64,000 nucleotides of DNA. Source: Candidatus Magasanikiibacteriota bacterium (GTDB lineage: Bacteria > Patescibacteriota > Patescibacteriia > Magasanikbacterales > 2-02-FULL-50-9b). The notes under the pieces were generated by a model. The model searched no databases. It had not been told where the DNA came from and was given only the letters and a program-made list of their open reading frames with translations. The stretch is taken from NCBI GenBank assembly GCA_903893485.1, contig CAITMK010000001.1, positions 46,560-110,559 of the forward strand, in the 5' to 3' direction. Both the position numbers and the translations under genes were made by a program. Positions 14,686-24,915 of the stretch are shown here, in pieces (within the stretch, counting starts at the first letter, position 1; every line of letters begins with the position of its first letter).

Positions 14686-15738
14686 TTATTTATTAAAACG
14701 TTCTGCAAGCGCGCTCACCTGCGACGCCAAATCTGCGCGGCACACCAATACATACGCATCAGTTTCCACCACAATTAAATCATCGACACCAACACACACA
14801 ACGGTTTTCTTTCCGTCGCCATGCACCATATTGCGATGCGCATCAACAAATTCCGCAGTTGCATGCGATGCTACATTACTCGATTCATCTGCGGGCAATA
14901 ATTCCTTCAGCACCGGCCATTTGCCAACATCAGACCAACCCCACTCGCCCGCCATAAATGCAGCGCGCGCTGGTGCTTGCTTGGTCAGCAATGATTCGAT
15001 AGAAATAATTGGCAACTGCGCAGCTGCAGCGCGCGCAGCATCTTCATCACCAGCAGCTAACAATTTTTGCACCTCACACACTTGCTGCCACACCTGCGGT
15101 GCAAGCGTCTCAAACAAATTCTTAATCGTATCCAAACGCCAGACGTACATACCTGTGTGTGCATACCACGAATGCGATTTGATCATCTCGCCACATGTTT
15201 CTGCATCAGGCTTTTCCACCCAATCGGTAAGCGGCCCAAAGTCGCCGTCAAAATTTGCGCGCACATAACTATATCCGGGATCAATTAACTGTGGCGTTAC
15301 CACCGGCATAATAATTTCATCGGGATGCGCGCCAACATGCGCCGCAATTTTTTGCAGCGACGCCTGAAATAATTCTGGATGCGCAATAAAATCATCAGCG
15401 GGAATTGTTGCAACAACAGCGTCACCAGAAATGCCGCGCGCCAAAAGCGACGCGACTTCAAATGCAATCGCCGGCCCCGTATTCCGTTTTAAAATTTCCG
15501 AAAAAATATTTTGTGGCAAAATTTCTGGCACTTGCACGCCAACTAAATCTGCATGGCGCTGATTCACCGACACAAAAATATTTTCATATCCAAATGGCGC
15601 CACGCGCGCTACAGTTTCCTGCAACATCGTGCGATCCGAAAAAACCGGAACAAATTGTTTTGGCAATGCGCTGGTTGAAAGTGGCCACAAACGTGTGCCC
15701 GTGCCGCCTGCGCGAATTACAATATATAACGCTTCCAT
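14686..15738 (-). CDS. manC: Mannose-1-phosphate guanylyltransferase (GDP-mannose pyrophosphorylase)
   Basis: VIRAGGTGTRLWPLS is the nucleotidyltransferase signature. About 350 aa, with no C-terminal isomerase domain. Confidence 0.8.
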   Translation of the reverse strand: MEALYIVIRAGGTGTRLWPLSTSALPKQFVPVFSDRTMLQETVARVAPFGYENIFVSVNQRHADLVGVQVPEILPQNIFSEILKRNTGPAIAFEVASLLARGISGDAVVATIPADDFIAHPELFQASLQKIAAHVGAHPDEIIMPVVTPQLIDPGYSYVRANFDGDFGPLTDWVEKPDAETCGEMIKSHSWYAHTGMYVWRLDTIKNLFETLAPQVWQQVCEVQKLLAAGDEDAARAAAAQLPIISIESLLTKQAPARAAFMAGEWGWSDVGKWPVLKELLPADESSNVASHATAEFVDAHRNMVHGDGKKTVVCVGVDDLIVVETDAYVLVCRADLASQVSALAERFNK

Positions 15739-16268
15739 ATCTTAAGGGTGAGAGCAGATATTACCATGCCCAGCACCCATCCGGCAATAACATCGCTCGG
15801 ATAATGAACCCCCACAAAAACACGTAAAATACCAATACAAAACGCCAAAATTCCGCCCCAAATTGCAGACTTTTTATGGCCAAATTTCCAAAGCCACACC
15901 GCCCCTGCGGCTGCCAGTGTTGCATGCTCAGAGGGAAACGATTTTAACACACTTGGCGGACTAACAAACGGAATAAACCCAATCGTTACAAATGGCCGCG
16001 CGCGAAAATAAAGCGCGCCAAAAAAACGATTTACCAAATACGAAACCGACAAAATTAAAACCAGCAAAAGTAGCGCATTAAATCGCCGGCGTTTTTGCAG
16101 ATGCCACCACACCGAAATGGTAACGCCGGCAAGCACCACAGGCAAAATATAATTCAAAAAAACTACTAATTTACGCCAAGCCGGTGCTGAGATTCCAAGT
16201 CCGTGAAAAAAGATGACGATATTTGCATCCAACATATATTCAGTATACCAAACTAAATAAAAAAACAC
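15717..16268 (-). CDS. PAP2-family (undecaprenyl-diphosphate-like) phosphatase
   Basis: Polytopic membrane protein carrying PSEH and GVHYPSDV, the acid-phosphatase motifs. Confidence 0.8.
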   Translation of the reverse strand: MFFYLVWYTEYMLDANIVIFFHGLGISAPAWRKLVVFLNYILPVVLAGVTISVWWHLQKRRRFNALLLLVLILSVSYLVNRFFGALYFRARPFVTIGFIPFVSPPSVLKSFPSEHATLAAAGAVWLWKFGHKKSAIWGGILAFCIGILRVFVGVHYPSDVIAGWVLGMVISALTLKIWKRYIL

Positions 16269-16300
16269 TTGCAGCCGCCCCCGAAGGACAACTGGAAGTG
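16252..16300 (-). terminator. Rho-independent terminator downstream of the island B gene
   Basis: On the minus strand, a CACTT-C-CAG...CTG-C-AAGTG stem-loop is followed by TTTTTATTTAG. Confidence 0.5.
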
Positions 16301-16325
16301 TTTGCTCGCGCCTGCTACGAGAGGC

Positions 16326-17003
16326 TTACTTATCGCGCGCCGTGACGATTGCACGCTTGGCATGCCGCATCACGAATCGCAGGATGTGGCTTTCGTTCGG
16401 ATCAACGAGCGTTACCGCGAGGCCGACAAAGTGTGACAGCCGGCTTTCGATGTGGCACGGTACAAACTCAAACGAAACCGGAACACCGCGCGCAACCGCG
16501 TGCCCCACATACCGAATTCGTCGCTGACTTTCTCCAAGCGCCACCACCTCTGCACCAAGTTCGTACAGATGTGCAATGGCCGCGAATTCCTGTGAGCACG
16601 AAAACGCCCACATATCTTCAATGGGCCAACCATCGAAGGGCGTGATAATGTCGTCACTCATGAGCCCCGAATGGCCAAGTAAGTAATCCTTGCCTGACCA
16701 CGCGTAGGACTTACCGTTTCCATGATGATCGCCGCCCAAAAGCACGATTGCTTTGTAACCGCCTTCGTTGTACAGCTCCACGGCCCGATCGAGCAGCGCC
16801 TTGAATCGATCTTCAATTTCACCATCAGCGCTCACTTCTCGGCCGAGCACAACCAAGTATTTCCAACCAGCAAGCGGTGCGCCGGGCATCTCCCCCAGTT
16901 CTTCCAGTTGATCCAGCCGCCGTTCCAATCGCAGACTGTAAAAAACCCACTGTAAAAAGAAAGGTCCAAATACCACCAGAGCCGCAAATCCAAAATACTG
17001 CAT
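16326..17003 (-). CDS. DUF218/YdcF-like (SanA/ElyC family) protein, GC-rich island B
   Basis: YLVVLGREVSADGE...AIVLLGGDHHGNG fits the DUF218 core. An N-terminal TM helix is present. A strong SD (GAGGAGG) lies 6 nt upstream of the ATG at 17003. The GC content is about 58%. Confidence 0.55.
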   Translation of the reverse strand: MQYFGFAALVVFGPFFLQWVFYSLRLERRLDQLEELGEMPGAPLAGWKYLVVLGREVSADGEIEDRFKALLDRAVELYNEGGYKAIVLLGGDHHGNGKSYAWSGKDYLLGHSGLMSDDIITPFDGWPIEDMWAFSCSQEFAAIAHLYELGAEVVALGESQRRIRYVGHAVARGVPVSFEFVPCHIESRLSHFVGLAVTLVDPNESHILRFVMRHAKRAIVTARDK

Positions 17004-17038
17004 CGTTCGCCTCCTCGCCATTTCGGCAGGTTGCCAGA

Positions 17039-17067
17039 ATCCTATCTCTATTTTATAAAAAAGTCAA
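17039..17067 (-). promoter_or_regulatory. Promoter-like element for island B (TTGACT-N17-TAGGAT)
   Basis: Read on the minus strand; the -35 overlaps the gpmI stop codon. The -10 is weak. Confidence 0.3.
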
Positions 17068-17072
17068 TGCTA

Positions 17073-18635
17073 TTAAATCAGCGCCCGTCCACTCATTTCC
17101 ACTGGCTGCGGAATTCCCATGGCTTTTAAAATTGTTGGCGCAACATCAGCGAGCATGCCAACCGGTGGCAAGAGCGATAAATCACCTTCAATCACATCAC
17201 CCGATGGGCCGGTCTGCCCTTCCCAATCGCCGCTAATCGCCAAAAACGGAATTGGACTGGTTGAATGTTCTTTATCTTTTTCGTGCGTGTGCAAATTCAC
17301 CACTTCTTCAGCATTGCCATGATCCGCGGTAATAAAAACCGCGCCATGTTTAGCCAGCGTAATTGCAACTACAAGCCCCATTGCCTTATCCACGGCCTCC
17401 ACGCCGCGCACCGTGGCGTTATAGTCGCCCGTATGCCCGACCATGTCAGCATTCGCAAAATTAATCACCACAAAATCGTATTTGTTGGATTCAATCGCAT
17501 CCACTGCAGCTTTTGCAACTTTCATCGCGGACATTTCTGGCGCTTCGGCATAACTTGCAACTTGCGGCGAAGGAATCACCAAACGATCCTCGCCAGGCCA
17601 CGCTTTTTCAACCGTACCATTCAAAAAAAATGTGACGTGCGCATATTTTTCTGTTTCCGCAACATGAAATTGCTTTTTGCCCGCGTCCGAAATAACTTCG
17701 GCAAGTGTATTTTTTATAACCTCAGGCGGATAACAAACCAAAGTTGGCAGTCCCTTTTCATATTCCGTCATGGTTGCAAAAAGAAGTGGCGTAATTCGGG
17801 TGCAACTAAATTTATCAAAATCAGGCATCACAAATGCGCGCGTTAATTCACGTGCGCGGTCCGGGCGAAAATTAAAAAATAAAACCGTGTCACCCGGCGC
17901 TACCAAACCGTCGGCGTTAATAACGGTCGGAATAAATTCTTCGTCATACACTTTTGCCGCGTATGATTTATCAAGCGCATCGATTGCATCCGCATTCTGC
18001 GGGCCCGCACCTTCAGTCATGGCGCGATACATTTTTTCAATGCGATCCCAGCGATTGTCACGGTCCATCGCATAAAAACGTCCGCCCATGGTGGCAATTT
18101 TTCCAACGCCAATCGATTTCATTTTGCTTTGCAGCCGCTCAATAAAATATTTTCCCGAATCAAATTTAGAATCGCGGCCATCTAAAATTGCATGGATATA
18201 TACGTTATCTAATTTTTGCGTTTTACAAAATTCTAATAACGCAAATAAATGTTCGTCGGAACTATGCACATTACCTGCCGAAACAAGTCCAAGCAAATGC
18301 AGTTTGCCACCTTTTTTTGCCGCCGCTGCAACTTTCAGCAGCGTTTCATTTTGAAAAAAAGTTTTATCCGCAATTTCCTTGCCAATGCGCGGCAACGTCT
18401 GATAATACACGCGCCCCGCACCAATATTTAAGTGGCCAACTTCTGAATTTCCCATTTCGCCCCACGACAAACCCACTTCAACACCCGACGCCTGGATCGT
18501 CATGGCCGGATATGTTTTCACCCACTTTGAAAAATTCGGCGTTTTGGCGCGGGTAATTGCATTACCCTCTTCATCCGGCGCCACGCCCCATCCGTCGTTA
18601 ATAATAAGTACAGTAGGTCTAAAATTATTCATCAC
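17073..18635 (-). CDS. gpmI: 2,3-bisphosphoglycerate-independent phosphoglycerate mutase
   Basis: 520 aa. TPNFSKW...SGVEVGLSWGEMGNSEVGHLNIGAGRVYYQ matches the iPGM metal-binding signature. Confidence 0.92.
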   Translation of the reverse strand: MMNNFRPTVLIINDGWGVAPDEEGNAITRAKTPNFSKWVKTYPAMTIQASGVEVGLSWGEMGNSEVGHLNIGAGRVYYQTLPRIGKEIADKTFFQNETLLKVAAAAKKGGKLHLLGLVSAGNVHSSDEHLFALLEFCKTQKLDNVYIHAILDGRDSKFDSGKYFIERLQSKMKSIGVGKIATMGGRFYAMDRDNRWDRIEKMYRAMTEGAGPQNADAIDALDKSYAAKVYDEEFIPTVINADGLVAPGDTVLFFNFRPDRARELTRAFVMPDFDKFSCTRITPLLFATMTEYEKGLPTLVCYPPEVIKNTLAEVISDAGKKQFHVAETEKYAHVTFFLNGTVEKAWPGEDRLVIPSPQVASYAEAPEMSAMKVAKAAVDAIESNKYDFVVINFANADMVGHTGDYNATVRGVEAVDKAMGLVVAITLAKHGAVFITADHGNAEEVVNLHTHEKDKEHSTSPIPFLAISGDWEGQTGPSGDVIEGDLSLLPPVGMLADVAPTILKAMGIPQPVEMSGRALI

Positions 18636-18653
18636 AGGATTATAGTAACCACA

Positions 18654-19325
18654 TTACAGCCCAGCAAATTCAGCAGGCATCTGATAATCAGGAAATTTCT
18701 GGGAAAATTTATCGCCAGATTTTTTTATATCTGCCGCAACACTTTTGTATTCTGGTGAGTTTGACAGCTTAAGTCCTGCAAATGCCTGCAGAATCGCATA
18801 TTTTTGAGACATAGCATCCAAATCCATCTTTATACCACTAATAAACATGTTAGGAGAACGATGATGTTCAGCCATGTTAGCCTCCATCGATGGAGTAAGT
18901 CCTGTAAATTTAAACATCTTTTGTTTTTCGGAAAGCGTACCCTCGGAAAGAACACGTGATTGCGTACCAATTGCCCCATCTTCATCCTTCCCCTGAAAAA
19001 ATGAATATGAGATCTGATATTCACTATCTGCATGATTGACCAAATTTAATTTTGATGTATGATCACCATCACCGCTCTCAAGTATAGAGAACGAAGCTGT
19101 TCCAAATTGTGTCTCTCCTTGTGCTAATAACTTAAGACCATTTTCAGGTCTTGGTGCTGACGGAGGTCGTTCATCTGCATGAGCATTTGAAACAGCGCCA
19201 CCCATTAAACTCATCGCAACAAGTGCGCCGGAAATACGTTTTGCGAGTAACGAAGAAAGGCCTGTTTTTTTAGGTCCTACTGAAGATGACTCTTGATTAT
19301 TTGTCGATGGTTTTTCAAAACTCAT
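18654..19325 (-). CDS. Secreted hypothetical protein
   Basis: 223 aa. The signal peptide is ...ISGALVAMSLMGGAVSNAHA. No recognisable domain. Confidence 0.5.
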   Translation of the reverse strand: MSFEKPSTNNQESSSVGPKKTGLSSLLAKRISGALVAMSLMGGAVSNAHADERPPSAPRPENGLKLLAQGETQFGTASFSILESGDGDHTSKLNLVNHADSEYQISYSFFQGKDEDGAIGTQSRVLSEGTLSEKQKMFKFTGLTPSMEANMAEHHRSPNMFISGIKMDLDAMSQKYAILQAFAGLKLSNSPEYKSVAADIKKSGDKFSQKFPDYQMPAEFAGL

Positions 19326-19346
19326 AAAATTCTGTTATTACATTAT

Positions 19347-20585
19347 TTATTTAAATGCTTCAATTTCCATCACGCGATTATATTTTTCAACGCGCTCGCT
19401 GCGGCTCATTGAGCCTGACTTTAAAAAGTCTGCCCCAACCGCAACTGCCAAATCGGCAATAAACGTATCGGTTGTTTCGCCGCTGCGGTGCGAGACAGAA
19501 ATTTTGTATTTATTTTTTTGTGCGAGCAAAATAGTATCAATCGTTTCAGAAACCGTACCGATTTGATTTAACTTAATGAGCACCGCATTTGCAACTTTGC
19601 GATCAATTCCCATTTGAACACGTTTTATGTTCGTGACAAATAAGTCGTCACCCACGATCGTAATCACGCGACCCAATTTTGCCGTAAACTTTTGCCAGTT
19701 TTCCCAATCATCTTCGTGAAGCGGATCTTCAACGGAAACCAAAGGATATTTTTGAACCCAACCCGCAACCATTGCGATCATTTCATCACCGGTTTTTTTA
19801 ACACCTTCAAAATTATAAACACCACGCTCATAAAATTCGGACGCTGCCATATCCATGCCTAATTTCACATCGATTCCTGGTTTATACCCCGCTTTGGTGA
19901 TTGCAGTTAATAATGTTTGCAACGCTTTTTCCGAGCTGCCCAAATGCGGTGCAAAACCACCTTCGTCGCCAACACCAGTCGATTGTTTTTCAGATTTCAA
20001 AAGCGCTTTCAGTGCTGCAAAAACTTCTGCACCAACACGCACACGCTCCGCCAACTTTTTCTGTTGCGGAATAATCATGAATTCCTGTGTTGATAAACCT
20101 GAATCCGCATGCACCCCACCATTAATCACATTCATGGTTGGATATGGCAATTTTTTGCCGGGTTTTAAATGAAATGTTTTTTGCAATGACTGCCAAAGTT
20201 CCATTTTATTTGCTACCGCACCCGCACGAGCCACCGCAAGTGACACGCCTAAAATCGCATTTGCACCCAATTTTGTCTTATTTTCAGTGCCATCAAGCGC
20301 GCACATGAGTTCGTCAATGATACGCTGTTGACGCACGTCTGCCCCAAGCAGCAACGGTGCAATTTTTTTCTCAATATTTTTAACCGCATTTAAAACACCT
20401 TTGCCGCCAAAACGCTTTTTATCGCCATCACGCAGCTCAAGTGCTTCGTGAGAACCGGTTGACGCACCGCTTGGCACACTTGCGCTGACTGTTATTTTAT
20501 CATCAATGGTTAAAAAAACACGCACCGTAGGATTGCCACGCGAATCTAAAATTTCTTGCGCGGCGATTTTGGTAATTTTTGGCAT
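19347..20585 (-). CDS. eno: Enolase
   Basis: MPKITKIAAQEILDSRGNPTVRVFL... with full-length conservation. Confidence 0.95.
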   Translation of the reverse strand: MPKITKIAAQEILDSRGNPTVRVFLTIDDKITVSASVPSGASTGSHEALELRDGDKKRFGGKGVLNAVKNIEKKIAPLLLGADVRQQRIIDELMCALDGTENKTKLGANAILGVSLAVARAGAVANKMELWQSLQKTFHLKPGKKLPYPTMNVINGGVHADSGLSTQEFMIIPQQKKLAERVRVGAEVFAALKALLKSEKQSTGVGDEGGFAPHLGSSEKALQTLLTAITKAGYKPGIDVKLGMDMAASEFYERGVYNFEGVKKTGDEMIAMVAGWVQKYPLVSVEDPLHEDDWENWQKFTAKLGRVITIVGDDLFVTNIKRVQMGIDRKVANAVLIKLNQIGTVSETIDTILLAQKNKYKISVSHRSGETTDTFIADLAVAVGADFLKSGSMSRSERVEKYNRVMEIEAFK

Positions 20586-20590
20586 ACGAT

Positions 20591-21364
20591 TTATTCTAAT
20601 TCGAACGTTACATTTACCTGACTTGTTACATCAAGAGATCCGGCCTGAACATCTGGCGCCGCAACAGGCCCACCACCCATGCCTACTGCATCTTTTGCAA
20701 ACATAATTGGCCCTGGTGGAATATTACCTGCAGATTCATCGAATCCGACAATCTTACCCAAATGCACACCTAACTGATCGGCTAATTTCTGTGCTTTTTC
20801 TTTTGCATCAGCAACAGCTTTTTCACGAGCCTGCGCCTGCAAATTTGATGGTTCATCGATGGTGAACGTCACGCCATTTACCTGATTTGCACCAAGCTCG
20901 CCAGCCTTCGCAAGCACTGCTGAGATTTTAGTTAGATCACGAATTTTTACTTCCAAACTTTGGGTAACTGAATAACCCGTTATAGTGCTGCCAGTTTTTT
21001 GATCGTACGAATAGTTTGGATTGATCTGATATTGTGCGGTTTGTACGTCAGCAGCTGCAATACCCAACGTCTGAAGTGCAGCAACCATTTTGTTCATACG
21101 ATCGGTATTTTCTGCTTGTGCGCTCGCAACGTCTGCTTTTTGTGTTACCAATCCAATGTTTGAAACAGCGATTGTTGGTGTTGCAATAATTTTACCCGTG
21201 CCTGAAATAACAATTGTGCGTGGCGATTCTGGCAAACGGCCAATTTGACCATATGCTTTAATATTATTCACAATCAGCGTGACCAAAAAGACAGCAAGCG
21301 TGAGCATGACGAGTTTCTTGAGCGGCCCGCCATGATGTAATCCGCAGGGTTGAATATGTTCCAT
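20591..21364 (-). CDS. SIMPL-domain (DUF541) periplasmic protein
   Basis: N-terminal TM/signal, then ...GVTFTIDEPSNLQAQAREKAVADAKEKAQKLADQLG..., typical of SIMPL. Confidence 0.65.
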   Translation of the reverse strand: MEHIQPCGLHHGGPLKKLVMLTLAVFLVTLIVNNIKAYGQIGRLPESPRTIVISGTGKIIATPTIAVSNIGLVTQKADVASAQAENTDRMNKMVAALQTLGIAAADVQTAQYQINPNYSYDQKTGSTITGYSVTQSLEVKIRDLTKISAVLAKAGELGANQVNGVTFTIDEPSNLQAQAREKAVADAKEKAQKLADQLGVHLGKIVGFDESAGNIPPGPIMFAKDAVGMGGGPVAAPDVQAGSLDVTSQVNVTFELE

Positions 21365-21378
21365 ATGTTTTGATTATA

Positions 21379-22437
21379 TCACTTTTTAAGAAGCGGCGTG
21401 ACCCCTGGCAACTTTGCGCCGCCCAAAAACTCAAGCATGGCGCCACCACCTGTAGAAATATGCGCAAAATTCCGCGTTAACTTGAGCTTTATAATACGCG
21501 AGGTTGTTTCGCCCCCACCCACAATGACACACGCGCCCTTCCCGCCAAGCCGAGCAAGCAATCGCGCGAGCAGTTCAGTGCCTCGGTCAAACGGTTTTTT
21601 TTCAAAATACCCTGCAGGACCATTCCAAATGATGGTTTTAGCGCGCGTAAGTTTTTTTGCCATGGATTCAATTGCGTCTGGTCCAATATCAAAAATTTTG
21701 TGCTGAAAATAAACTACATCTTCAGGAAGAAGAACATTTTTATGTTTTAACAACGATCGCGCGACTGCAATTGAAGACACATCAACAAGCGACTCGCCCA
21801 CATCTTGTCCATCAGCCGCAAAAAAATTATTTGCAACCGCACCGACTACAAATATTTCGGCAGCAATTGGTAAAAACTTTTTTATAACCGGCACTTTTGT
21901 TTCTAGTTTTGCGCCGCCAATAATTAAGGCAAGTGGTTTTTTTGGTGCAGTCATGGCACTACTCAGTGCAACAAATTCTTTTTCAAATTGAATGCCTGCA
22001 TACGATGGTAAGAGTTTAGTAATCGCAGCAACTGACGTATGCGCCCGATGCGCCGATGCAAAAGATTCATTCACAAAGAGGTCCTGCCCCGTCGCGAGCT
22101 CGCGCGCATAACCTACATCATTTTTTTCTTCACGCGCATCAAAACGCACGTTCGGCAAAAAATGTAATTTTGTTTTTAATTTTTTCTCTAAATATTTTTG
22201 CACGGGTGCAAGTGACAATGCGGCAACTTTTTTTCCATCAGGCCGGCCCATATGCCCCATCACCGTAATCACCGCTTTTTTGCGAAGCAAAAATTTAAAT
22301 GTTGCAAGTGCGGTGTCGAGTCGATACGATTCTTCCGGCGCAATACTTCCGCGACGCACCACAACATCAGAATCGATACGCACAAGCACGCGTGTACCTT
22401 TAGTAATCGGAGCATCAGCAAGTGTACGGAGTTTCAT
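21379..22437 (-). CDS. pgk: Phosphoglycerate kinase
   Basis: RVDSDV...GHMGRPDGK...IIGGAKLETKV...VIVGGGETT. The start is taken at MKLRTL. Confidence 0.92.
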   Translation of the reverse strand: MKLRTLADAPITKGTRVLVRIDSDVVVRRGSIAPEESYRLDTALATFKFLLRKKAVITVMGHMGRPDGKKVAALSLAPVQKYLEKKLKTKLHFLPNVRFDAREEKNDVGYARELATGQDLFVNESFASAHRAHTSVAAITKLLPSYAGIQFEKEFVALSSAMTAPKKPLALIIGGAKLETKVPVIKKFLPIAAEIFVVGAVANNFFAADGQDVGESLVDVSSIAVARSLLKHKNVLLPEDVVYFQHKIFDIGPDAIESMAKKLTRAKTIIWNGPAGYFEKKPFDRGTELLARLLARLGGKGACVIVGGGETTSRIIKLKLTRNFAHISTGGGAMLEFLGGAKLPGVTPLLKK

Positions 22438-22438
22438 A

Positions 22439-23440
22439 TTATTTCTTTCCCACCTTCTCAATCATCTCAACTAACCGATGTGAATATCCCCATTCATTAT
22501 CGTACCATGCCAAAATTTTAACCAAATCACCATCGATAACTTGCGTAAACGCTAAATCAACAATGCACGAGGCAGTATTACCAACCACGTCGTGCGATAC
22601 CAGCGCTTCTTCAGAACAAACTAAAATCCCTTTCCAGCGCGTCAATTTACTCGCTGCAACGAGCGCTGCGTTTACTTCGGTCACCGTTGTTTTTGTTTTC
22701 GTGATAAAACAGAAATCAGAAAGTGAACCAACTGGCGTTGGCACACGAATTGAAATGCCATCAAAAAGTCCTTTGAGTTCTGTAATCGTTTCAGTCACTG
22801 CAATTGCCGCGCCGGTTGTTGTTGGCACCATATTTAATGCTGCCGCGCGGCCACGACGAAAATCTTTGTGCGGCCCGTCCACCAGCGCTTGATCCGCAGT
22901 ATACGAATGAATTGTTGTCATTGCAGCTTTGGCAATACCAAATTTTTCGTGGAGCACTGAAGTAACGGGTGCGACACAGTTAGTGGTGCAACTCGCATTG
23001 TTAAAAATTTTTGTGCGGCCAAGTTTTTCGTCGTTCACACCACGCACAAAAGTTGGCACGTCACCACCTTTTGCTGGCGCAGATAGAATTGCCGCACCAG
23101 CGCCCGCGGAAATATGTTTTTGTAAACCTTCTAAATCCGTAAAGCGCCCCGTCGATTCAATAACCACGTCAACCTCAAATTTTTTCCATGGAAGCTGCGC
23201 CGGATCTTTTTCTTGCACAACCGGAATCGTCACGCCATCCACCACAAGCGCGCCATTTTTTGCCGATACGTCATGTGGCCATACACCATACACCGAATCG
23301 TGCTTCAACAAATACGCCAAATTTTCTGCATCACCCAAATCATTGAGCGCAACAAATTCAATTTTTTTATTTTCAAAACCTGCCTTAAAAACCTGGCGCC
23401 CAATGCGCCCAAACCCATTAATTGCTACACGAATTGCCAT
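22439..23440 (-). CDS. gap: Glyceraldehyde-3-phosphate dehydrogenase
   Basis: MAIRVAINGFGRIGRQVFK...ASCTTNCVAP. Confidence 0.95.
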   Translation of the reverse strand: MAIRVAINGFGRIGRQVFKAGFENKKIEFVALNDLGDAENLAYLLKHDSVYGVWPHDVSAKNGALVVDGVTIPVVQEKDPAQLPWKKFEVDVVIESTGRFTDLEGLQKHISAGAGAAILSAPAKGGDVPTFVRGVNDEKLGRTKIFNNASCTTNCVAPVTSVLHEKFGIAKAAMTTIHSYTADQALVDGPHKDFRRGRAAALNMVPTTTGAAIAVTETITELKGLFDGISIRVPTPVGSLSDFCFITKTKTTVTEVNAALVAASKLTRWKGILVCSEEALVSHDVVGNTASCIVDLAFTQVIDGDLVKILAWYDNEWGYSHRLVEMIEKVGKK

Positions 23441-23470
23441 AATTTTATAAAATATACAAATAGTATAGCA

Positions 23471-23510
23471 TAAAAAAATGCCGACAGAATCTCCGAAGAG
23501 AAACTGCCGG
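23471..23510 (-). terminator. Rho-independent terminator for the island C gene
   Basis: On the minus strand, a compound hairpin CCGGCAG-TCTC-UUCG-GAGA-CUGUCGG is followed by CATTTTTTTATGC. Confidence 0.65.
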
Positions 23511-23539
23511 ACTTAAAACTTGAATCGCGCGATGAGACG

Positions 23540-24091
23540 CTATTCCTCGATCGGCTCCGTGCCCATGAGAAGCAGGGTGCGGCGCAGCGGCTGCCGACTC
23601 TTCACGTAGCGGTTCAGCAGATCCCAGTGCGACGCGACAAAAGCCCGTGCAAGCCGTCCGTGGCTGAATGCCGCATTGGATTCAGCAAACACGCACGGGT
23701 AATAGGTCTGCCCGTCCTGCTGCCAGGCCGTACCAGGAAACACCAGCACCGTTGAATTGGTGTCGAGCCCCAGTTCGGCGGGCAACTGAGCCCCCGCTTG
23801 AAGATTCGCGAGCAGCTCGATAGCATGTTCGCGACCAGCAGCGCTCGGCGGCATGTCACGCGCAATGCGCTCTTCCAGCTTGCTCTGCGTGTTCCTGCTG
23901 CGCGCAATGCGCGTAGCGCTCAAACGCTGAGGACCGAACGGCCCCGCAACATCCCAAGCCAGACGACGTCCGTCGACTTTCGACTTGAAGATATGCTCCG
24001 CCTCTGCCAAAGCCACCGTTATCAGATATTTTTTCAATGCCGCATTTCCCACAAGGCCCCCCTTTGCCGCGCTGGTTGTAGCGCGGGACAA
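23540..24091 (-). CDS. Hypothetical protein, GC-rich island C
   Basis: About 170-183 aa with no recognisable domain. The ORF-track start is a TTG. The true start is probably the GTG just downstream, 4 nt after a GGGGGG run, because a CCGCGCT/AGCGCGG hairpin sits at the extreme 5' end. Confidence 0.5.
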   Translation of the reverse strand: MSRATTSAAKGGLVGNAALKKYLITVALAEAEHIFKSKVDGRRLAWDVAGPFGPQRLSATRIARSRNTQSKLEERIARDMPPSAAGREHAIELLANLQAGAQLPAELGLDTNSTVLVFPGTAWQQDGQTYYPCVFAESNAAFSHGRLARAFVASHWDLLNRYVKSRQPLRRTLLLMGTEPIEE

Positions 24092-24096
24092 AAGTT

Positions 24097-24125
24097 ACAT
24101 TAGCAATAATATAAGCCGGTGTCAA
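24097..24125 (-). promoter_or_regulatory. Sigma70-like promoter for island C (TTGACA-N17-TAATGT)
   Basis: Read on the minus strand. The -35 is an exact hexamer. It is divergent from the NUDIX gene. Confidence 0.5.
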
Positions 24126-24162
24126 TGGTGATTATTTATGAATCATGCTAATCTAACTATCT

Positions 24163-24615
24163 ATGGAGCACCCCGAAAAATTCCGCCCTTACGCGGCAGC
24201 ATATTTAGTTTTAATTAAAAATGACAAAATTTTATTATCGCGACGCGCCAATACAGGTTATCAAGATGGAAACTACAGTTTAGTTGCTGGCCATTTGGAT
24301 GGTGGCGAAACTGTATTACAGTGTATTACACGCGAAGCAACCGAAGAGGCTAATATTATTTTGTCGCCACAAAATTTAGACGTAATTTTAACCTTACATC
24401 GCCAGAGTCCATCGGATCGAGAATATTTTGATTTTTATGTGGGTGCTACAAATTGGACCGGTGAAATAAAAAACATGGAGCCGAAAAAATGCGATGATCT
24501 CGCGTGGTTTGATCTGGCGAATTTGCCAGAAAATATTTTGCCTGATGTAAAATTTGCACTGGATCAAATTAACGCTGGCAACCATTTTGCTGAATTTGGT
24601 TGGCCTTTAAAATAA
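24163..24615 (+). CDS. NUDIX hydrolase
   Basis: The Nudix box is GHLDGGETVLQCITREATEEANI. Confidence 0.88.
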   Translation: MEHPEKFRPYAAAYLVLIKNDKILLSRRANTGYQDGNYSLVAGHLDGGETVLQCITREATEEANIILSPQNLDVILTLHRQSPSDREYFDFYVGATNWTGEIKNMEPKKCDDLAWFDLANLPENILPDVKFALDQINAGNHFAEFGWPLK

Positions 24616-24644
24616 AAACACCGCACAAGGAAAACCCCGTGCGG
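24608..24644 (-). terminator. Rho-independent terminator for the island D mini-gene
   Basis: On the minus strand, CCGCAC-GGGGTTTTCCTT-GTGCGG is followed by TGTTTTTATTTTA. It lies directly after the 24676..24915 ORF. The plus-strand NUDIX stop sits inside the A-tract. Confidence 0.65.
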
Positions 24645-24675
24645 CACGCATTGCTGCTTGAAGCGCTGGTTGGCG

Positions 24676-24915
24676 CTATTTCGGATCGTCTGTTTTGACC
24701 CGCTTGCCGTCGGCCCCCATACCAACGACTTCGAATTCAAAACCTTCCGAGCCTTCAAGCGGTGGCGTCACGATTTTGACACCAGCAGCGCCAAGCGTGT
24801 TCTCCGTCGCCGCCCGACTATTCGGTACAAGTACCTCATTACCCACCCGACGTTCAGACCGCTTTGGACGCGTCGGCAACACCACTGGCAAATCCTCTGG
24901 CCGTTCATTACACAT
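24676..24915 (-). CDS. Small hypothetical protein (about 79 aa), GC-rich island D
   Basis: MCNERPEDLPVVLPTRPKRSERRVGNEVLVPNSR...KIVTPPLEGSEGFEFEVVGMGADGKRVKTDDPK. A GGGGGAAG SD-like run sits before the ATG. The ORF is bracketed by the tsf terminator upstream and its own terminator downstream. GC-rich. Confidence 0.5.
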   Translation of the reverse strand: MCNERPEDLPVVLPTRPKRSERRVGNEVLVPNSRAATENTLGAAGVKIVTPPLEGSEGFEFEVVGMGADGKRVKTDDPK